Source: Octopus bimaculoides
Lineage: Eukaryota
Assembly: GCF_001194135.2 (NCBI RefSeq)
Contig: NC_068983.1
Coordinates: forward strand, 53,963,414-53,995,714
DNA: 32,301 bases
Reading direction: 5' to 3'
Shown here: piece by piece, positions 21,087 through 31,329 of the stretch
Numbering within the stretch: the first letter of the stretch is position 1
How the letters are laid out: every line of letters starts with the position of its first letter
The notes under the pieces: generated by a model
What the model saw: the letters and a program-made list of their open reading frames with translations, nothing else
Databases searched by the model: none
What the model was told of the DNA's origin: nothing
Translations under genes and position numbers: made by a program

Positions 21087-21416
21087 TATTGGTAAAAGAA
21101 GGTGAGATGATCATGGATGGAATGTCCTTTCTGATTTAAATAAAGCCAGCTCTACCAAGGCTGGGCAAGAGCTAAACAACAACAACAAACTTGGGATGAA
21201 TGGAACCTACATAGAGAGACAACAAAGAAAATAGATAAGAACCAACAGTCTTGATTAGTTGTCCACATAGGATGGTTGATTTGACTTCAATTAACTGAGA
21301 TTTCATAAGAGTTCTATTATAGCAGATAAGGGAAGTGGAGATAGACAAACACTTTATGGTAACCTGCTTCATTGCTTCACATTTCTATGGTAAAATTTTG
21401 TCAGGGTCAACATTAA

Positions 21417-21636
21417 CCCTTTAGTGTTCGCATTATTCTGCCAAAATTAATGCTTTTTATCCACACTGTTTTGAACTAATCATGCATTATCATGTAGCTA
21501 TGAGATTTTGATGAGGTTGTTGTTAATTTTTAAAACGATATTGTAGGGTTGGTGTGAGAGACCAGATCTGGCCAGTTTGAACATAAAACAGGCGAAATAC
21601 TTTTGGCCGGATATGGCCATTTTAAATTCTAAAGGT
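21417..21636. mobile_element. piggyBac-like MITE (220 bp, TTAA target)
   Basis: TTAA|CCCTTTAGTGTTC ... AATTCTAAAGGT|TTAA (TTAA at 21413-16 and 21637-40). Confidence 0.65.
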
Positions 21637-21955
21637 TTAAATGTAATTCAGCCAAAATATTTTGTGCTTGGGAGAGTCCATTATACCAATAATTATTATT
21701 CAAGTGGTAAGCTGGCAGAATTCAGTAGCATTCAGGACAAACTGCCTTTACATTTTGAGTCCAAATTCTGCTGAGGTTGATTTTGCCTCTCATCTTTTCA
21801 GGAATGGTTGGTGAGCACTATGGTTGATGAAATTGACTTACCACTCCCCTAAAATTTCAGGCCCTGAGTCTATAGTAGAAATGATTAGGATTTTTGTGGT
21901 TTTCATTACTGTTTACAATTTTGTTCCAATTGTTTTCAAATTTGATATATGGATT

Positions 21956-22320
21956 AAATTTTGCATACTAGCTTTTAAAATTTGCAAAATTTGGGTATTT
22001 TAGCCAATCAGAAGCAAGTATTTTGCATATCACCATGGCAAAGAAGTCTGTTTCTATAGTAACCAAAGCAAAGAAGCACCACGTGTTCCATAGCTGGTTG
22101 TGAAGAACTATTTCCACAGTAACCAAAGATGCTGTGCTTGCACACAAGGAGTATAACCACCACTTGTTCTATAACAGATGGAACTCACAATTTTTCTTGA
22201 ATTTTTTGACATGCCGATGCCCCTGCCCCTGATGATGGAAAAAGCAGCAAATGCCCTGTTTTCTGATTGGCTGAAAATTCTGAAAATTACCAAACTTTGT
22301 AACAATTTTGCAAAATTTTT
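21956..22320. mobile_element. Degenerate inverted-repeat element with CCAAT-containing arms
   Basis: agccaatcagaa (22002-13) versus ttctgattggct (22261-72), inside longer and weakly matching aaattttgca-bounded arms. Confidence 0.45.
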
Positions 22321-22328
22321 CTGGACTA

Positions 22329-22684
22329 AATCATCATCATTATTGTTTAACATCTGCTTTCCATGCTAGCATGGGTTGGATGATTCGACTGGGGACTGGC
22401 GAACCAGATGGCTACACCAGACTCCAATCTGATCTGGCAGAGTTTCTACAGCTGGATGCCCTTCATAATGCCAACCACTCCAAGAGTGTAGTGGGTGCTT
22501 TTTACGTGCCACCGGCATGAGGGCCAGTCCAACAGTACTGGCAACGGCCACGCTCAAATGGTGTTTTTTACGTGCCACCTGCACAGGAGTCAGTCCAATG
22601 TTTTGTTCACATGCCACCGGCACGAGTGCCAGTAAGGCGAAGCTGGAAACAATCGCGCTCAAATGGTGCTTTTCACGTGCCACG
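22329..22684 (-). mobile_element. Retroposon family D with (GAT)n tail and about 66-bp subrepeats; other copies at about 4993-5395 (-), 8330-8578 (+), 20566-20640 (-), 24503-24660 (-)
   Basis: catcatcatt...tttccatgctagcatgggttgga...ctggatgcccttc...gccaaccactcc..., followed by repeated tttacgtgccacc units. Confidence 0.8.
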
Positions 22685-22863
22685 AATAACAAATTAGGAC
22701 TCAGCATCAAAAATTACATCTATATGATACATCAAAAAAATATTTTTAAAGATAATTGTAAACAGTGTTGAAAACCCACAAAGATCCAAGGATTATTATT
22801 ATTATTTTTTATATTATTCACTCAACTTTATATTTCTAATATTTAACTTTACTTATTTTCCAG

Positions 22864-22899
22864 GAGAAAATGTCAAGCCAAAAGATTAACGGATTTTGA
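22864..22899 (+). CDS. Alternative candidate terminal exon (EKMSSQKINGF* in phase 0)
   Basis: Strong acceptor (ttctaat...tttaactttacttattttccag|G). All three frames stop within about 50 nt. It is followed by non-repetitive AT-rich UTR-like sequence with AATAAA near 23091 and 23211. Confidence 0.3.
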   Translation, partial: EKMSSQKINGF

Positions 22900-23666
22900 A
22901 GAAAAAGAATGATGTATTTACACCATGTTATCACTGTCTTGGTGCGATGGTTTGATGGCTGCAAGAACAGCTGTCAGTGAAGAAGGAGATTTGGAGAGTG
23001 CGGAGGTCATTTGTCTCAAAGTGATATTTTCTTTTAACTTATCTTTGACTGCTGATATTAAAGTGAAAAATTGTAAATCATTTTTTATAAAATAAATAAT
23101 TTAAGTCTTTGTAAAATAACTGAAAAAGAAACACCATTCTAAATTAAAACGTATTTATTAACAACTATAACAATTTTTGTTATTTTACTTGTGAAAGGAC
23201 ATATTTTGCCAATAAAACACAGACAGATTTTTACTTCAGCTTTATTATTATTATCATTATTATCATTTCTATTATTTTAGTGTCCTTTGTCACACATCCT
23301 GCGACCTCTTCAGTAACTCTTTATCCCACATGTTTCCCCTTTTTCTGTTTAGTATAAGCCCTGGAGGAGACACAGTTTTACAAACTGAAGTTGTCATGTT
23401 GTAATGATCAAGCTCAAGAAGATTACCACCACCACCACCATTGGCACCAACACCATGACTGCCAACTGGTTCTTGTGTCTAATTTAGCACGGTTCACTTT
23501 GGATTAGAACACCTGTTTTAGTGGGGACTTTTTTTTCAGCAGACATTAAGTCACCATCAAAATGGGAGAATGTACGCTATGATTACTGATAGTCAATCTT
23601 TCCTTGAATAAGTTGTGTGTATATATATATATATTTTGGAAGGTTTGGAGGTGATGTACAGGAATT

Positions 23667-23866
23667 ATATATTAGAAAAAATAATAAGGTACTCAGATAT
23701 CTGGATGGTCGTACATTTACAGATTTTTATTCATGTCACACGTTTCATAAATTAGCGCTTGCACCTATTCTTGTAGGATTTTCAAATTTTTTCAGAAACA
23801 TGTGACATATGAATAAAAATCTGTAAATGTACAACCATCCAAATATCTGAGTACTTGATTATTTTG

Positions 23867-23875
<9 letters not shown>
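23667..23875. mobile_element. Foldback MITE: about 80-bp inverted arms, 48-nt spacer, TA-rich flanks
   Basis: 23667-23746 versus 23795-23875: 6 mismatches and one 2-nt indel. Confidence 0.85.
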
Positions 23876-23907
<32 letters not shown>

Positions 23908-24754
23908 AATATATTTTTTTCACCAAAAATTTGGCAAAAAATATAGTATCTGTTAACANNNNNNNNNNNNNNNNNNNNNNNNNNNNNNNNNNNNNNNNNN
24001 NNNNNNNNNNNNNNNNNNNNNNNNNNNNNNNNNNNNNNNNNNNNNNNNNNNNNNNNNNNNNNNNNNNNNNNNNNNNNNNNNNNNNNNNNNNNNNNNNNNN
24101 NNNNNNNNNNNNNNNNNNNNNNNNNNNNNNNNNNNNNNNNNNNNNNNNNNNNNNNNNNNNNNNNNNNNNNNNNNNNNNNNNNNNNNNNNNNNNNNNNNNN
24201 NNNNNNNNNNNNNNNNNNNNNNNNNNNNNNNNNNNNNNNNNNNNNNNNNNNNNNNNNNNNNNNNNNNNNNNNNNNNNNNNNNNNNNNNNNNNNNNNNNNN
24301 NNNNNNNNNNNNNNNNNNNNNNNNNNNNNNNNNNNNNNNNNNNNNNNNNNNNNNNNNNNNNNNNNNNNNNNNNNNNNNNNNNNNNNNNNNNNNNNNNNNN
24401 NNNNNNNNNNNNNNNNNNNNNNNNNNNNNNNNNNNGAACGCTATAAAATTTAAAAAATCCGTTAGAGCAATAATCATCAAAATAAATAAATAAATAAATC
24501 ATTTAGCATCTGCTTTCCATGCTGGCATGGGTTGGACAGTTTGGTATGGAGCTGGCTTGACTCCAATTGTCTGCTGTGGAATGGTTTTTATGGCTGGATA
24601 CCCTTCCAAACGTCAATGACTTAAGTGAGTTGGGTGTATTTTACATGCCACTGTCACGGGTCCATTTATGCATGGGTGCTGAAAGGACATTCCTGTATGT
24701 GTGGAAGACTGTGTGATGCTACTTAGCTTGACGCATCTTCTCAAGTACATTATT

Positions 24755-25320
24755 TGTGTGTGTGTGTGTGTGTATGTACGTGTGTGTGCGCATGTGCATG
24801 TGTGTGTGTTCATCCATCCATCGCACTACTGCTTGATAACCTGTGATGGTTTATTTACAACCCCATAGCTTAGCTGTTCAGCAAAACAACCAAATAGAAT
24901 ACCAGGCTTTAAATACAAGTGAAGGGGTCAATTGGTTTGACTAAACCAGCAGTTTTTAATGTGAGCAGTACTGACCCCCCACTGGGTGTGGTGGAAAGAT
25001 CCGAGGGTGGGGGGGGTGAAGAAAAGTGGGGGCAATAATGGGGTAGCCAAAAGGAGGAGATGGATGTAAAAACAAAACAGTGGGTTAACCAGGTTAAGTT
25101 TTATTTATGGAATACATTTGTTTGGAATTTGCTTTAGAAAGTGGTCTATGTTTATGGTGGTGTGTTGTGGAGGAGAGTGGGGTAGGAATGTGGCCTGGGT
25201 GCCAAGGGAGGAGCAGCCTGAAAATCGTTGAGAACCACTGGACTAAACCATCTAAAGTTGGGCTCCAGCATGGCCACAGTCTAATGACTGAAACAAGTAA
25301 AAGAAAAAGTAAAAAAAAAT
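24755..25320 (+). mobile_element. SINE family C 3' half, split by the hAT MITE; another tail fragment lies at about 25800-25940
   Basis: The tail resumes after 25248 with gggctccagcatggccacagtctaatgactgaaacaagtaaaaga. Confidence 0.7.
24947..25240. mobile_element. hAT (Charlie-like) MITE, 294 bp, inserted into a SINE tail
   Basis: Exact 8-bp TSD GACTAAAC (24939-46, 25241-48). TIRs CAGCAGTTTTTAA / TTGAGAACCACTG (CAGTGGTTCTCAA type; all 4 differences are transitions). Confidence 0.85.
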
Positions 25321-25404
25321 AGAAAGATGAAATAGAGAAAAAAAAGAAGTGTTATGCTAATTGTCCTAGATACATATGTTAATGAGAAACTACTAAAAGC
25401 TGTC

Positions 25405-25454
25405 TCAGGTCAAAAGTTCATGCGATCATATGATCGCATGAACTTTTGACCTGA
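25405..25454. repeat. Perfect 50-bp palindrome
   Basis: tcaggtcaaaagttcatgcgatcat|atgatcgcatgaacttttgacctga: 25/25 complementary, no loop. Confidence 0.95.
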
Positions 25455-26013
25455 CACATATGATCACATGTGAGGGGAGGAGAAGTCACTCACATCCTGG
25501 TTGACCTGGGTTTTTTTTTGCAAATTTAGCAGATGCAGTTATTGACTGCCATTCAACTACCATTCTTCAATCATCAATCATCATCACCATTATGTCATTG
25601 CTGAAATGAATCTAGTTTGTTCTTCAAAAGAAAAACAAAACATTTACATGCAAATATACTCTGCTTGCTTGCCAATCACAACACGGGGTGTGTGTGTGTG
25701 TGTGTGTGGCATTGCTACTAATTTATCAATGGGGAAAGCATGAAGACTGCAATTTTCTTTCTATGTTTGTGTGTAAATATATATATGTATGTGTATCTAT
25801 AACTTAACAGTTTAGCCAAAGTCACCAACAGAATAAATACCAATCTTGCAAAAAATAGATACTGCAGTTGCTTTATTTGATGAAGCCCTTCGAAATTGTG
25901 CCCCAGCATGGCTGCAGTCAAATGACCGAAACAAGTAAAATGTGTGTGTGTGTGTGTGTGTGTGTGTTCACACATCTACTAAAGAATGATTCCCCTCTCT
26001 CCACTTTAAATTA

Positions 26014-26323
26014 GCACTCCATCAGTTTATGATGATGATGAGGGTTCCAGCTGATGTGATCAACGGAACAGCCTGCATGTGGCTGAGTACTCCACAGACA
26101 TGCATACCCTTAATGTAGTTCTCAGGGAGATTCAGCATGAGACAGAGTGTGACAAGGCTGGCCCTTTGAAATATAGATACTGCTCATTTTTGCCAGCTGA
26201 GTGGACTGGAGCAACGTAAAATAAAGTATCTTGCTTAAGGAAACAATGCACTGCCAAGGAACCAAACTCATAAACTTACAACCATGAGTCAAACACCCTA
26301 ACCACTAAGCTACATACCTTCAC
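26014..26323 (-). mobile_element. SINE with a family B tail but a different tRNA/CORE-like head; the same head type occurs at about 15926-16085 (+)
   Basis: Shares ggaacagcc...gacaaggctggccctttgaaat with family B. The head contains ttaagcaagatactttattttacgttgctccagtcc. Confidence 0.65.
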
Positions 26324-26501
26324 TCTCCTCATTCTATCTAAACCATAAACATCAGTCTTTTTCATACAAAGTATCTCTCTTTTTTTGTGAAGGTAAGAGT
26401 ATTGGTTGGAATTTGTAGCAGAATCTTTAATTTCCTTATAAAATAATAGTTTGTTATTGTTTGATTCTAGCCATGACCATCACATTCTTAAGACAGTCTA
26501 A

Positions 26502-26714
26502 GGCAGCGAGCTGGCAGAAACGTTAACACGCCGGTCGAAATGGTTAGCAGTTTTTCATCTGTCTTTATGTTTTGATTTCAGATTCCGCCGAGGTCGACTT
26601 TGCCTTTCGTCCTTTCGGGGTCGATAAATTAAGTACCAGTTGCATACTGGGGTCGATCTAATTGACTGGCCTCCTCCACCAAAAATTTCAGGCTTTGTGC
26701 CTAGAGTATAAAAG
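26502..26714 (+). mobile_element. SINE family A (alternative tail) with an exact 18-bp TSD
   Basis: ATTCTTAAGACAGTCTAA at 26484-26501 and 26715-26732. Confidence 0.88.
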
Positions 26715-26789
26715 ATTCTTAAGACAGTCTAAGACTGCATCACCCAGTGTGTCTCTTTTTAAAAAAGAAAAAAAATTACAAGGTGAGAT

Positions 26790-26844
26790 CTGACCTGACC
26801 AACACCTTGCAAGTGGATTTGGTAAACAGAAACTGAAAGAAAAC

Positions 26845-26883
<39 letters not shown>

Positions 26884-27163
26884 GTGCGTGCGTGCATGCG
26901 TGTGTGTATCCTTGTCCTTGACATTGCACAACAGTTGTAAACAAGCATCACCATCATACAAGTGGTGTTGTTCTTTCCCAATCTCCTGAGAGAAATATGT
27001 CCAGCCATGGTAGGTGGCAGGAGAAAAGACCTTGCTTAGAAACAAGTGATGGTTAGCAACAGGAAAGACATCCAGACTAGAAAACCTGACTCAATGAATT
27101 CCATCCGACCCATACCAGCATGGAAAAGTCGATGTTAAATGATGATGACAATGATGATGATGA
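26790..27163 (+). mobile_element. SINE family E (C-type head, microsatellite, D-like tail); other copies at about 8602-9012 (+), 16169-17035 (+), 18490-18910 (-)
   Basis: ggatttggtaaacagaaactgaaaga (C head) ... cttgacattgc ... aggaaagacatccag ... gcatggaaaagtcgatgttaaatgatgatg (D-like tail). Confidence 0.65.
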
Positions 27164-27169
27164 ACTGTT

Positions 27170-27520
27170 ATCTGTGACTTGTTTCAACTGAGGCCATGCT
27201 GGTGTGCCACTTTAAATAAATTTTAATTGAATGAATTGACCCCTAACACTCCTTTTTTCTAAACCTGCTATTTATTCTATCAGTCTCTTTTGCCGAACTG
27301 AGAAGTTACAGGAACATAAACATACCAACACCAGTTGTCAAGGAGTAGTGGGACACACACACGCACACAACAGGTTTCTTTTGGTTTCCATCCGCCAAAT
27401 CCACTCACAAGGCTTTAGTTAGCCAGAGGCTATAGTAGAAGACACTTGCTCAAGGTGACGTGCAGTGGGACTGAACCCAGAACCAAGTGGTTGGGAAGAT
27501 ACTTCTTATCACAGCCACAA
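27170..27520 (-). mobile_element. SINE family C, degenerate
   Basis: ggccatgctgg...ttattctatcagtctcttttgcc...ccaaatccactcacaaggcttt...gggactgaacccagaacca. Confidence 0.65.
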
Positions 27521-27869
27521 TGATGGTGATGATGATGATGATATAAAATGTATTTTTCTGCTTTCACCATATACCTCCTCACATGAATTAAGCATTGCTC
27601 TACCTCAATAGAAAATTGTTTATGACAGTCATCCATCTAGACTCAAGATGATTTATAACAGATCATAAACACCAAGAGAACAATTAATCTAAGGACAAAG
27701 AACACATTAAAATATTTAGAATAACATTGGCAAAAGTTAATGCACAATATTGTGTTCCCACCCCCACCCCAACAGAGTCTGCACTCAAATGATAAAGAAT
27801 ACATGTCACAATGCAGTGTAGCCAATGCTCTACCAATTCTGCCAACTCACTCCCTAATTTACCCAAAGC

Positions 27870-28290
27870 GAAATCGTGATGGCACCTGTACCAGTAGATC
27901 ACTAAGAGCACTGTCCGAGGGTGATTGTTGCCAGAGCACCAGCTGTCTGGCTTCCGTGCCAGGGGCACGTAAATAACAACATTTGAACATTTCAGTGGCA
28001 CGTGAAAAGTCATTCGAGTGAGTTCGTTGCCAGTACCGCTGGACTGGCCCCTGTGCAGGTGGCACGTAAAATACACCATTTCGAGCGTGGCCATTGCCAG
28101 TACCTCTTGACTGGCCTTCATGCCGGTGGCACGTAAAAGCACCCACTACACTCTCGGAGTGGTTGGCGTTAGGAAGGGCATCCAGATGTAGAAACTCTGC
28201 CAAATCAGATTGGAGCCTGGTGTAGCCATCTGGTTCACCAGTCCTCAGTCAAACTGTCCAGCCCGGATGTTAAACAATGATGATGATGAT
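27870..28290 (+). mobile_element. Retroposon family D
   Basis: GTGGCACGT units at 27995, 28059 and 28126, then GGAGTGGTTGGCGTTAGGAAGGGCATCCAG and a (GAT)n tail. Confidence 0.8.
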
Positions 28291-28581
28291 GTTTGCAAAC
28301 AATTTAATTATCTTTATTTTTACTCTCAACTACAAGCACATTTGACAGACTGGCATTTAGTTGCCCGCTTTTACACTTTGACCTTCAACCCACAAATATG
28401 CTGTCTCTTTTATCACGACTGTAGTGACCTCTGCGTCTTGGATTCTCACTAGTTTCATTTCATGTTGACTTGGACATTCCTGATACACTCAACTCCTCAT
28501 TTCTCTTCAGCTGGGTTGTGTCTGCCTAGTCAACCCAGACATGCAAACAAAACATACACACAAATTACAAAGTTTACTGAT

Positions 28582-29497
28582 CTCTTTAGTCTTTTACTTG
28601 TCTCAGTCATTTGACTGTGGCCATGCTGGAGCACCGCCTTTAGTCGAGCAAATCGACCCCGGGACTTATTCTTCGTAAGCCTAGTACTTATTCTATCGGT
28701 CTCTTTTGCCGAACCGCTAGGTAACGGGAACATAAGCACACCAGCATCGGTTGTCAAGCAATGCTAGGGGGACAAACACAGACACACACACGTGCGTGAN
28801 NNNNNNNNNNNNNNNNNNNNNNNNNNNNNNNNNNNNNNNNNNNNNNNNNNNNNNNNNNNNNNNNNNNNNNNNNNNNNNNNNNNNNNNNNNNNNNNNNNNN
28901 NNNNNNNNNNNNNNNNNNNNNNNNNNNNNNNNNNNNNNNNNNNNNNNNNNNNNNNNNNNNNNNNNNNNNNNNNNNNNNNNNNNNNNNNNNNNNNNNNNNN
29001 NNNNNNNNNNNNNNNNNNNNNNNNNNNNNNNNNNNNNNNNNNNNNNNNNNNNNNNNNNNNNNNNNNNNNNNNNNNNNNNNNNNNNNNNNNNNNNNNNNNN
29101 NNNNNNNNNNNNNNNNNNNNNNNNNNNNNNNNNNNNNNCGGGTGACACGTAAAAGCATCCACTACACTCTGTGAGTGGTTGGCGTTAGGAAGGGCATCCA
29201 GCTGTAGAAACTCTGCCAAATTAGATTGGAGCCTGGTGTTGCCATCCGGTTTCACCAGTCCTCAGTCAAATCGTCCAACCCATGCTAGCATGGAAAGCGG
29301 ATGTTAAACGATGATGATGATGATATATATATATATATATGACAGGCTTCTTTCAGTTTCCGTCTACCAAATCCACTCACAAGGCTTTGGTCAGCCCGAG
29401 GCTATAGTAGAAGACACTTGCCCAAGATGCCACGCAGTGGGACTGAACCCAGAACCATGTGGTTGGTAAGCAAGCTACTTACCACACAACCAGTCCT
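28582..29497 (-). mobile_element. SINE family C with a family D element (about 29139-29322, plus strand) and an N gap inside its microsatellite
   Basis: The tail half (28582-28798) and head half (29341-29497) match the 19032 copy. Confidence 0.8.
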
Positions 29498-30139
29498 ATG
29501 GTGAATACGAGCGAAGCAGCATTGAATTAAAATTCCACTTCAGTATATCATACTACATACCTATACTCAATTGAAAGGTGGTTTTGTCTGAAAGAAATTC
29601 TCTTTATAAACATAGTGTTAAAATCACAATACTCCCACATGCACACACATGTATATATATTAGACTAAGGCCCCAGAATATCCCACTTCTAAGAAATTCC
29701 ATTCCTGTACACATTTACCTGTAGCTGTTGGCTTGTACCTATGCAAGAGGAATGTTAATAACACTGTCTTCTTTGTCAATCCTAAAAGCCTGCAAAGGTC
29801 ATGTACATAGCACCTTCACCTAGATCAATGGATCTCAATCAATTTTTACCTGAGACCTCTTTGATTCCTATTTCGATCAGGTAGACACTCACAGTTACTT
29901 GATGTTCAAAAAATACTGTTATAATTTTATGATTAATAATTATTAGGAATTGTATATACACACACACACACACACATATACACATGTATATATACACACA
30001 AAAGCATATATAAACACACACATATATACACACAAAAGCATATATAAACACACACACATATACACATGTACATATACATACACAGAGACATACATAGACA
30101 CATACATACACACATATATACACACACGCACGCATACAT

Positions 30140-30360
30140 TATATATAATATATATATGCATATAGACGGGTTTCTGTATATATGTATGTGTGTATCTTCG
30201 TGTCTGTGCTTGTCCCCCACCACTGCTTGACAACTGCTGTTGCTGTCCGTGACTTAGCAGTCCAGCAAAACTGACGGATAGAATAAGTACTACGCTTTAA
30301 ATAAAGCAAGTCCTGGGGTCGATTTGTTCAACTAAAACCCTTTCAGATGGTACCCCACAA
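30140..30360 (+). mobile_element. SINE family C, 3' part
   Basis: gcttgtcccccaccactgcttgacaac...gatagaataagtac...aagtcctggggtcgatttg. Confidence 0.65.
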
Positions 30361-31329
30361 ATGGTTTCAATACAGTTTTAACAGAAATATTTGGAAGAAT
30401 TAAGTGAAAGTTCTCCGGTAATTTTCTTTCATGTAAATAAATGTTAATTTAAAAGTTTCCCAGCAAAATCTTATAAAATGACAATGTTCTAAAAGATGTA
30501 CATGGTTATATGTTATATACTGAGGGTTAGTTTAAGTTAGGATTAAGAATTTGTTTGTAGTGCATCGCAAAATATGATTGCAAGTGTTAATTTGTTGTTT
30601 ACTTTCATTAAATAAGTACAGCAATGTGAGAGAAATAAATACGAGACTCTGAAGTCTGGTGAACTCAATGAACGAATAAAAATAAATCAATATTAATTTA
30701 TCATCTTGTCTAATATATAATTTTAACTAAAAATAATGCACTGCTTCCATTTAACCTAGTGTTCTCCAGTTTTGCAAAAGCTCTCACCACCCTATACACT
30801 TACCAAAGATGTGCGTGCGCGTGCGTGTGTGTGTGTGTGTAAAGGTATTTGCGTAAAGGCAATAACTAAAGATGTGGGTCTGCCCCACCTCCACAAAAAA
30901 AAAAACGACCTGGTTTTATAACATTTTGAAAAAGGGATATTTTTAAACAAATTTTTTAAAAGATATTCTTCAAATGTTATAGATTCCGATTACTTTGGAG
31001 TTCGATGTAAACAAGTATAGCGGGGGGGGGGGAATTATTCACACCTCATCAAAACATATGGTTTAAAAAATTGTTTAAAAACTATCAATTTTCCAGAAAG
31101 TTATGAAGAAATAACTCGTGATGTGTGAATTATCCCAAACTCTTCTTCACTCTTCCGAAAAAGCATTTCACGGCAAATTCCAATCCAGCCCCAATCTATA
31201 CCATTTAAAATGTATCTCGGGCAAATTTCGTTAGAAAATGCATTTTCATAAAGTTGTAAATGTCGGGGGCACAAATCTGTAGTTATGCCGTTTAACGTAA
31301 ATGAGAAATATCACGAAACCCTGTAAAAT

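Noticed and set aside
23906-24502. Long ORFs spanning N runs (also 13106, 17858-18384, 28717-29255)
   Set aside because: They are open only because N codons are not stops, so there is no coding evidence.
27575-27636. Possible minus-strand exon MDDCHKQFSIEVEQCLIHVR
   Set aside because: Weak acceptor, phase incompatible with the USP exon at 14252, and no USP similarity.
30385-30417. Possible plus-strand 33-bp micro-exon KYLEELSESSP (ag|...|gtaatt)
   Set aside because: No partner exons were identified, and such a short AG/GT-bounded frame is expected by chance.
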